In this document: piece by piece, positions 57,880 to 64,000 of the stretch
How positions within the stretch are numbered: the stretch's first letter is position 1
Layout: each line of letters starts with the position of its first letter
NCBI GenBank assembly: GCA_035709005.1
Contig: DASTFB010000132.1
Span: 33,737 to 97,736 of the forward strand
Direction: 5' to 3'
DNA from: Candidatus Methylomirabilota bacterium
GTDB taxonomy: Bacteria; Methylomirabilota; Methylomirabilia; Rokubacteriales; CSP1-6
Length of the DNA stretch: 64,000 bases
Translations under genes and position numbers: made by a program
The notes under the pieces: generated by a model
Databases searched by the model: none
Seen by the model: the letters and a program-made list of their open reading frames with translations, nothing else
What the model was told of the DNA's origin: nothing

Positions 57880-58698
57880 TCAGGCGCTGAGCACGCAGAC
57901 CGCGTCGGGCGTCAGCACCTGGGCGGCGATGGATTCGACACAAAAGAGGTGCAAGGCGTCGACGTCGTGCCAGCGGTAGCCGACGCTCAGGTCGCCGCCG
58001 ACGGTGATGACGAAATCGTCGCCCCGGCCCGAGAAGACCGCCCCGCCGCGGAGCACCGAGGAGCGGTGCACGGCCTGGATCCGCTCCTTGACCTGTTCGC
58101 TGGCCGGGTAACCACACCCGCTGGCCTGAGCCTGCCAGAACTCGTTGAAGCGTCCGGGCTCGAGCACCGCGATATACGGACCCGCGATGCCGCTGCGATC
58201 GAGGGTGTCGGCCGCCCCGATGAGATCGGCCACGGCCCGGCCCGGCTCGTTCCAGTCGCCCAGCGTCAGGCGGGGCGACTTGCCGGACGTGAGAAACCCG
58301 CCACCGTTGTTGTCGCCGTAGAAGACGATCTGGTCTTCGGTCTCGGCCACGTCGCGAGCGGCGGCCTCGGCCGCCGCCGTCTCCAGGACGGGCGCTCCGC
58401 GCTCGAAGGTCTCCACCTCCGACCACGAGATGGAAAAATCGGCCCGGATTTCGGTAAGCAGCGCCACGTCCGGGTGAAATGCCCGCGCGCTCCCCCGGGG
58501 CCGCAGCCCGGGAGCCGGTCGCAGCGTGCCCAGGCTGGCGGCGACATAGTCCCAGCCCTTGGGGCCGTCGAAGTCGGCGACTCTTCGCCCGGCCAGAACG
58601 TGGATCGCGGCTTTACGGACCGCGGCGTCGACCTCCTCCCAGACCCGCTCGGAAACGGGTGCCCCTTTGCGGCGCTGCAGAAAGTCCGCCATCGTCAT
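57880..58698 (-). CDS. Family-1 encapsulin nanocompartment shell protein
   Basis: MTMADFLQRRKGAPVSERVWEEVDAAVRKAAIHVLAGRRVADFDGPKGWDY...GGDFVITVGGDLSVGY. HK97-fold encapsulin family. Its ATG overlaps the TGA of the EncFtn gene. Confidence 0.85.
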   Translation of the reverse strand: MTMADFLQRRKGAPVSERVWEEVDAAVRKAAIHVLAGRRVADFDGPKGWDYVAASLGTLRPAPGLRPRGSARAFHPDVALLTEIRADFSISWSEVETFERGAPVLETAAAEAAARDVAETEDQIVFYGDNNGGGFLTSGKSPRLTLGDWNEPGRAVADLIGAADTLDRSGIAGPYIAVLEPGRFNEFWQAQASGCGYPASEQVKERIQAVHRSSVLRGGAVFSGRGDDFVITVGGDLSVGYRWHDVDALHLFCVESIAAQVLTPDAVCVLSA

Positions 58699-59072
58699 CG
58701 CTTTCTCAACGACCCGATCCCCGTGATCCGAGGCGGCGCCGGAGGCTCGGTGCCGTCGCCGGCTTCCTCGATCGCCAGGACGGGTCGGTCGGTGAACAGG
58801 TACATGCGCAGGTAACGGTCGAAGCCCTCGTCCTGGCGACGTAGCCACTCGAGGACCATCGCGGCGTGTTCCTTTTCCTCATCGCGGTTGTGCGCCAGGA
58901 TCTCGCGAAGCGCGGCGTCGCCGGTGGCATCGACTCGCTGCTGGTACCAGTCGATTGCCTCCAGTTCCTCCATCAAGCTGACGATAGCCCGATGCAGGTC
59001 ACGGGTGCGTGGGCTCAGCGAGTCGGCCGGTTCGTGGAAGCCTTCCGACGCCACGGGCCGTCCGAGTTGCAA
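58695..59072 (-). CDS. Encapsulated ferritin-like cargo protein (EncFtn) with a C-terminal targeting peptide
   Basis: HRAIVSLMEELEAIDWYQQRVDA...AHNRDEEKEHAAMVLEWLRR matches EncFtn. The C-terminus GIGSLRKR is the cargo-loading peptide. Confidence 0.8.
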   Translation of the reverse strand: MQLGRPVASEGFHEPADSLSPRTRDLHRAIVSLMEELEAIDWYQQRVDATGDAALREILAHNRDEEKEHAAMVLEWLRRQDEGFDRYLRMYLFTDRPVLAIEEAGDGTEPPAPPRITGIGSLRKR

Positions 59073-59101
59073 ACGCGAGGCCGGTGACTACGCTGCCGCC
59101 G

Positions 59102-59839
59102 CTATCGACGGGCGGCGCTGATGAGGGCGCTGAAGAGGCTACGGGCGGCCGGGTCGTGATCCACGAGGTCTTCCGGATGCCACTGGACACCAACGACGAA
59201 CCCGCCGCCGTCCTCTCCCTCGACGGCTTCGATGACGCCATCCGGGGCCCAGGCCACGTCCCGCAAACCGCGCCCCAGGCGATCGATGGCCTGGTGGTGA
59301 AAGCTGTTGACCTTGAGGTCACCGGCGCCCAGGATCGCTCCTATCTGCGTCCCCTCCACCATCACCTTGACCTCGTGGGTCGCCTGCTGCCGCGGCTCAC
59401 GCTGGGCATGGTCGATCGGGCTCGTCGGGTAGGCGTCGGGAACGTGCTGGTGCAGGGACCCTCCCAGCGCGACGTTGAGGACCTGCGCGCCGCGGCAGAT
59501 GGCCAGGACGGGGAGCCCTTGGTGCAGTGCCCGTCGGGTCGCCTCGATCTCAAGCTCGTCGCGCGCTTGCGACACCGCCTCGGCCTTGGGGTGCCTTCGC
59601 TGGCCGAACCATTCGGGGTCGATGTCCCCGCCGCCGGTGAGGACGAGGCCATCCAGCCGGTCCCACAGCGCCTGGAGGGCGGGGGGATCCAGGTACGGCG
59701 GCAGGAGCACGGGCACGCCACCCGCCCGTTGCACGGCCAGGACGTACGCGCGGTTCAGGTGAGCCCGTGGGGGCGTGGACCCGGGATCGTCGTCCGGCGT
59801 GACGGACGTGGTCAGGGCGATCAACGGCGCGCGAGACAT
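59102..59839 (-). CDS. Gamma-glutamyl-GABA hydrolase-like class-I glutamine amidotransferase (peptidase C26)
   Basis: 245 aa with a catalytic Cys and His pattern (LAICRGAQ.., FHHQAID). Confidence 0.8.
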   Translation of the reverse strand: MSRAPLIALTTSVTPDDDPGSTPPRAHLNRAYVLAVQRAGGVPVLLPPYLDPPALQALWDRLDGLVLTGGGDIDPEWFGQRRHPKAEAVSQARDELEIEATRRALHQGLPVLAICRGAQVLNVALGGSLHQHVPDAYPTSPIDHAQREPRQQATHEVKVMVEGTQIGAILGAGDLKVNSFHHQAIDRLGRGLRDVAWAPDGVIEAVEGEDGGGFVVGVQWHPEDLVDHDPAARSLFSALISAARR

Positions 59840-59908
59840 GACGCCAGCCTAGCACGACCCGACAATCGCCCCGTCGCGGCCCACGCGCCCGATGTATGAT
59901 AGCGGGCA

Positions 59909-61651
59909 ATGTCCCTCGACTCCGCCTCGGCCCAGCGCTCGGCCCCGCTGCACAGGCCCACGCACACCGTGCAGGTGATCGGAACCCGTTGGGCCGTGGC
60001 CGGCGGTCACCCGCTGGCCGTGGAAGCCGGCGCCCGGATCCTGGGCGCCGGTGGCAACGCGATCGACGCGGGTGTGGCCGCGGGTCTCTGCCTGGGCGTG
60101 GTTCACCCCGACATGGTCTCGGTGGCCGGCGTGGCGCCGATTCTCGTGCACCTGGCGGGCAGCGGGCAGACCTGGCAGGTCGCTGGCGTGGGTCCGTATC
60201 CGCGCGCCTCCACGGTGGAGTACTTCCGCACCCGACACGGCGGGCAGATCCCGCCCGGCCTGGGCCGCACGGTCGTGCCGGCGGCGCCCGACGCCTGGTG
60301 CACCGCGCTGGCCCGCTGGGGCACGATGAGCTTCGCCGAGGTCGCGGCGCCCGCGACCGAGCACGCCGAGCGGGGCTTCCCGGTCTCCGAGTTCTCCGCC
60401 TACCAGATGGCGGCGAATGCCGAAAAGTATCGCCGGTGGCCGACCTCGACGGCCCTCTACTTGAAGAACGGGCGTGCGTATCGGGCCGGCGAGGTCCTGA
60501 CCCAGCGAGAGCTGGGCCAGACGCTGCATCGGATGGCGGCGGCCGAGCGCCGCGCGGGAGGCAGCCGGGCCGACGGCATCGGCGCCGCGCGCGACGAGTT
60601 CTATCGCGGCGAGACGGCCCGGCTGATCGCCGAGTTCCACCGCCGCGAGGATGGGCCCCTGACGCTGGCTGACCTCGAGACCTTCGCCGTGGAGGTGGGC
60701 CCGGCGCTCTTGGGGACGTTCGGGACGTGGCAGATGGCGACCTGCGGCTACTGGTGCCAGGGCCCGGTGCTGCTGCACATGCTCAACATGCTCGAGGGCC
60801 TGAATCTGGAATCCCTGGGTCACAACTCGCCGGCCTACCTGCACCGAATCGTGGAGACGATCAAGATCGCCTTCGCCGACCGGAACGCCTACTTCACCGA
60901 TCCCAAGTTCGCCGACGTGCCGGAGTTCCTCCTCAGCAAGAGCTACGCGGCACAGCGGCGAGAGCTGATCGGCGAGCGAGCCTGGGCCGAGATGCCTCCG
61001 GCCGGTCCGCCGGCGCGTGCCCAGGCCGTGACCGGGCAGGCAGTGATCGCCACCGGTGTGGCCGAAGGCCTCGACACGAGCTACGTGGCCGTCGTCGATG
61101 CCGAGGGCAACGGCTTCTCCGCCACCCCGAGCGACCCGAATGCGGACTCACCGGTCGTGGCCGGCGTGGGCTGCGTCGTGTCGCCGCGTGGTTCGCAGGG
61201 CTGGCTGGATCCCGCTCACCCCGGGGTCGTGGCACCGGGCAAGCGGCCGCGGCTCACCCCGGCGCCGGCCATGGTCTTCAACGGGGGGCGGCTGGCGATG
61301 CCCTTCGGCACGCCGGGTGGTGACGTGCAGCAGCAGGCCATGCTGCAGGTCTTCCTCAACATCGCCGTGTTCGGCATGGCGCCCCAGCAGGCGGTGGAAG
61401 CGCCCCGGGTGGCCTCGCGAAGCTTCCCCGACTCCTTCTGGCCCCACGTGATGGCGCCGGGCAAGGTCGAGGTCGAGGGCCGGATTCCTCAGGACACCTG
61501 CGCGGCGTTGGCCAGGCTCGGTCACGACGTGTCGATGTGGCCGGACTGGGAATGGCGAGCCGGAGCGGTGTGCGCCGTGAGGGTTGACGGCGAAGGCGTC
61601 CGCTGGGCCGCGGCCGATCCGCGTCGAGGCGCCCACGCCATCGCGCGGTAG
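59909..61651 (+). CDS. ggt: Gamma-glutamyltransferase
   Basis: 580 aa, with the GGT family autoprocessing Thr region (TSYVAVVD). Confidence 0.9.
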   Translation: MSLDSASAQRSAPLHRPTHTVQVIGTRWAVAGGHPLAVEAGARILGAGGNAIDAGVAAGLCLGVVHPDMVSVAGVAPILVHLAGSGQTWQVAGVGPYPRASTVEYFRTRHGGQIPPGLGRTVVPAAPDAWCTALARWGTMSFAEVAAPATEHAERGFPVSEFSAYQMAANAEKYRRWPTSTALYLKNGRAYRAGEVLTQRELGQTLHRMAAAERRAGGSRADGIGAARDEFYRGETARLIAEFHRREDGPLTLADLETFAVEVGPALLGTFGTWQMATCGYWCQGPVLLHMLNMLEGLNLESLGHNSPAYLHRIVETIKIAFADRNAYFTDPKFADVPEFLLSKSYAAQRRELIGERAWAEMPPAGPPARAQAVTGQAVIATGVAEGLDTSYVAVVDAEGNGFSATPSDPNADSPVVAGVGCVVSPRGSQGWLDPAHPGVVAPGKRPRLTPAPAMVFNGGRLAMPFGTPGGDVQQQAMLQVFLNIAVFGMAPQQAVEAPRVASRSFPDSFWPHVMAPGKVEVEGRIPQDTCAALARLGHDVSMWPDWEWRAGAVCAVRVDGEGVRWAAADPRRGAHAIAR

Positions 61652-61680
61652 CGGTCCCACCCGCCGCGAGAGATCGTAGC

Positions 61681-62322
61681 TTACTCTCGGTCCTCCTCGA
61701 CCGTCTGCGTCCGGGCGGGCTCGGCGTTCTTCAAGGCCGCCAGAGGACGCCGATCGGCGCCGCCGACACCTTCGGCGACGATGATCGACTTCGCGCGGAA
61801 CGCCAATCCGGGATCGCGGCGCCAGCCGCGCACGATATCCCTCAACTGGAGCAGCGGCCCGCGCTCCGCGCTCTTCGGCGGGACCAGCTCCAGCTGATCC
61901 AGGATCGCGACCTCGAGATCGGCGAGCCCGCCTGCCCGATCGAAGGCCAGAAAGGCGCGGCCGTCGGCGAGCTGGATGAGGGAGACGCCCCGCAACGGGG
62001 TGAACACCTCGGGTTGAACCACGATGAGGGCCCGGCGGCCGGGCAGGTGCACGAGTTCGGCTAACGGCGCCGGGCCCGGGGGCCGTCGCCGCTGCCCGCC
62101 ATCGCTGAGGATCGGCTCGACCAGCCGCACGATCGCCCAGCCCAGATCCCGGTGAATCGTCCGGAGGGCATCCAGCACCTCCTGGGGCAGCGTCAGGGCG
62201 ACCACTTGTGAAGGACGCCCGAACTTGGGCGGGCGGCCCCGGGCGGCTCGACGCGGTGACCCCGCATCCACGTCCGGCGCGGCCCTCCTCTTCGGTGAGG
62301 CCCTCTTCGGGCGACGTGCCAT
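61681..62322 (-). CDS. Hypothetical protein with a basic N-terminus containing AT-hook-like RGRP and GRP motifs
   Basis: From the internal Met MARRPKRASPKRRAAPDVDAGSPRRAARGRPPKFGRPSQ... It has good GC3 bias and a GGAGGGAG RBS. Confidence 0.5.
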   Translation of the reverse strand: MARRPKRASPKRRAAPDVDAGSPRRAARGRPPKFGRPSQVVALTLPQEVLDALRTIHRDLGWAIVRLVEPILSDGGQRRRPPGPAPLAELVHLPGRRALIVVQPEVFTPLRGVSLIQLADGRAFLAFDRAGGLADLEVAILDQLELVPPKSAERGPLLQLRDIVRGWRRDPGLAFRAKSIIVAEGVGGADRRPLAALKNAEPARTQTVEEDRE

Positions 62323-62356
62323 CTCCCTCCCCGGTCGGTAGGCGCGTAGAATTAAC

Positions 62357-62385
62357 TTGAAAAAATAGAAAACATGAGTATTAAT
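62357..62385 (+). promoter_or_regulatory. Sigma-70-like promoter TTGAAA-N17-ATTAAT inside a 22% GC patch
   Basis: Seen directly in the sequence. The patch 62346..62405 is extremely AT-rich relative to the roughly 70% GC surroundings. Confidence 0.4.
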
Positions 62386-62415
62386 CCTAAAAAAATTATT
62401 CCTGACCGCCGGGTG

Positions 62416-62577
62416 ATGATCATGGCAGAGTCCGGCCCCCCCATCCAGATGCATTCAGCGCGGCCGATGACGCTCTGGGCCTTCCTCTGGGACCGCCGGT
62501 GGTTCTGGCTCGGCCCCCCACTCGTGGTCCTGGGGTCGCTGCTGCTGATGATGCTGGTCGGTCGACCGTGGCCCTAG
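62416..62577 (+). CDS. Putative small membrane protein (about 53 aa)
   Basis: MIMAESGPP...WFWLGPPLVVLGSLLLMMLVGRPWP. GC3 is around 90%. It lies downstream of the AT-rich promoter; the ORF-track ATG at 62374 lies within the promoter spacer. Confidence 0.35.
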   Translation: MIMAESGPPIQMHSARPMTLWAFLWDRRWFWLGPPLVVLGSLLLMMLVGRPWP

Positions 62578-62618
62578 CCTGAGTCGCGGCGCTCCCAGCG
62601 ACTGCCGAGCCGCGCCGG

Positions 62619-63902
62619 CTACGAGGTGGCCGGCGCCGGCGCGCCGGCCGGGGTCGGCCGGGCGGAGATCGGCTCCTCCCGGATGAGGAGGGCCAGGCCC
62701 GCGGCGAGGATCGCCATGACGGCGGCCGACACGAACGCGCTCGCGTAGCTGCCGGTCCACTCGAAGATCCAGCCGGCCAGGGCGGCGCCCAGAGCGGCGC
62801 CGACCTGATGCGCGAAGAAGATCCAGCCGGACAGCTCACCGACCGAGTATCGCCCGAAGATGTTCGCGGTGAGGGTCGTCGTGGGAGGCACCGTGGAGAT
62901 GTAGTTGAGCCCGAACAGCGCCGCCCACAGGTGCAGCGACGGCACGTCCCAGACGTAGAGCAGGAACAGCAGGGACAACCCGCGCACGAAGTAATAGGTC
63001 GCCAGGGGGCCGCGTCGGCCGAAGCGGTCACAGAGCCAGCCCGAGCCGATCGTTCCGACGATGTTGAGAGCCCCCATCACCCCCAGCGCGGACGACGCCT
63101 GCAGCGGCGTGAAGTTGTGCTCCAGGGCGTGCGGCATGAAGTGGGTGAGGATCATGCCGTTCGAGGTGTAGCCGCAGACGAAGAACGTGGCCATCAGCAG
63201 CCAGAATTGCGGCCATTGAGCCGCCTCGGTCACCGAAACCCGGCCCGCCGCCTGACGGGCCGCGGCCTGGGCCGCGGTCGCTAGCGGCCCGCTGGAGCCA
63301 TAGGGCCGGACGCCGCGCTCTTCCGGATTGTTGCGAACCAGCCAGGCGCCGACCGGCAACACCAGCACGAGGAGCCCCACGCCCAGCCAGAGGAAGCTGG
63401 AGCGCCAGCCAAAGAAAACCGTGAGGGCCGTAGCCAGCGGGATGACGACGAGCTGCCCGGCCGACATTCCACCGGCGGCCACGCCCATGGCCAGCCCCCG
63501 CCGGCTCTCGAACCAGCGGCTCACGACCGTGGAGCCGGTCGTCATGGCTACGCCCCCCGCGCCCAGGGCCATCAGGACACCGGCGGTCAGGTAGACGTGC
63601 CACAACTGCTGCACGAAGGCCGAGCTGATGGATCCGACGCCGAGGACGAACAGGCCCAGGACGATCACCCGACGCGGACCCCAGACGTCGGCCAGCCGGC
63701 CGACCCAGGGCCCGACCGCTCCCAGAAGGAGCAACGAGATCGCGGCGGCGCCCGAGAGCGCCCCGCGCGTCCAGCCGAACTCCGCCTCCATGGGCTTGAT
63801 GTAGACACCGAACACGGCGCGCAGACCGGTGGACGCCATCATGGACAGCGTCAGCGCACCGAGGACCACCCAGGCCGGGTGCAGGGAGCGGGCGCGGCTC
63901 AC
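62619..63902 (-). CDS. MFS transporter, oxalate/formate antiporter (OFA)-like family
   Basis: 427 aa with 12 transmembrane helices (YIKPMEAEFGWTRG..). Confidence 0.85.
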   Translation of the reverse strand: MSRARSLHPAWVVLGALTLSMMASTGLRAVFGVYIKPMEAEFGWTRGALSGAAAISLLLLGAVGPWVGRLADVWGPRRVIVLGLFVLGVGSISSAFVQQLWHVYLTAGVLMALGAGGVAMTTGSTVVSRWFESRRGLAMGVAAGGMSAGQLVVIPLATALTVFFGWRSSFLWLGVGLLVLVLPVGAWLVRNNPEERGVRPYGSSGPLATAAQAAARQAAGRVSVTEAAQWPQFWLLMATFFVCGYTSNGMILTHFMPHALEHNFTPLQASSALGVMGALNIVGTIGSGWLCDRFGRRGPLATYYFVRGLSLLFLLYVWDVPSLHLWAALFGLNYISTVPPTTTLTANIFGRYSVGELSGWIFFAHQVGAALGAALAGWIFEWTGSYASAFVSAAVMAILAAGLALLIREEPISARPTPAGAPAPATS

Positions 63903-64000
63903 GAGCTTGAGATGATATAGGACGACCGCCAGATTCAGACCGTTGTCAGACCTTGCGTGAATGGGGGTGGTTTGGAGGGGGGCAGGCTTCTGCCCCCCTC

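Overview
This window is 64 kb of very GC-rich (about 70%) bacterial chromosome. It is densely packed with core and metabolic genes. I found no rRNA or tRNA genes, no CRISPR arrays and no integrases or transposases. Many long ORFs in the track are antisense artefacts of the high GC content and I ignored them. Coordinates I read from the printed sequence for non-ORF motifs may be off by 1-2 nt. Gene ends follow the ORF track.

Gene content, start to end:
- 1-8.2 kb: the N-terminal part of a YlbE-like DUF1116 gene (minus strand), a hypothetical gene translationally coupled to a LigD-type primase-polymerase gene, a truncated YciI-like (DGPF) gene, a stand-alone LigC-type ATP-dependent DNA ligase translationally coupled (ATGA overlap) to an upstream ECF sigma factor gene with a long TPR-like C-terminal extension (ECF42-like), a translationally coupled pair of a BNR (Asp-box) beta-propeller protein and a MoaD/ThiS-like ubiquitin-like protein ending in Gly-Gly, and an orphan fdrA.
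- 8.2-26 kb: a long minus-strand block, ntrX-ntrY-DUF4390, lpxC, rsmE-prmA-dnaJ-grpE-hrcA-hemW-lepB-lepA (Firmicute-like order, but with no dnaK), then a nucleotide-sugar cluster (NDP-sugar pyrophosphorylase, Trm112-like, epimerase, UDP-xylose synthase, ugd).
- 26-31 kb: a small DUF1508/YegP-like gene behind a consensus sigma-54 promoter, then a caa3-type cytochrome c oxidase operon ctaC-ctaD/E(fused)-ctaF-ctaG.
- 31-45 kb: an ABM monooxygenase, tctC-tctA (the tctA ORF carries a TctB-like tail), an M20 amidase, an amidohydrolase, a TPP enzyme, two F420-type enzymes (DDN and LLM), a ribH2 (type-II lumazine synthase) gene disrupted by frameshifts, a uronate dehydrogenase, a CaiB/Frc CoA-transferase and a cytoplasmic molybdopterin oxidoreductase.
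- 45-57 kb: an MFS transporter remnant, adaA-alkA, an aldo/keto reductase, two tandem acyl-CoA dehydrogenases, an ABC substrate-binding-protein fragment, a NUDIX hydrolase, livKHMGF and an MBL-fold hydrolase.
- 57-64 kb: a Family-1 encapsulin operon with an EncFtn cargo, a C26 gamma-glutamyl hydrolase-like gene, ggt, a 22% GC patch carrying a sigma-70-like promoter, and an oxalate/formate-antiporter-type MFS gene.

Features I could not explain with ordinary annotation:
- A strongly conserved roughly 30-nt block built around the palindrome GGCAGTATACGCC. It sits in three divergent intergenic regions, with a fourth copy inside a coding sequence.
- Two perfect sigma-54 consensus sites.
- fdrA split from its YlbE-like partner by a 6-kb insert of DNA-repair, ECF42, and BNR/MoaD genes.
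- Several decayed genes (ribH2, YciI, an MFS gene, a substrate-binding protein).

The lineage is uncertain. F420 enzymes, PF04392-type substrate-binding proteins, tct and ntrYX together suggest a soil organism, possibly Rokubacteria- or NC10-like, but this is a guess.
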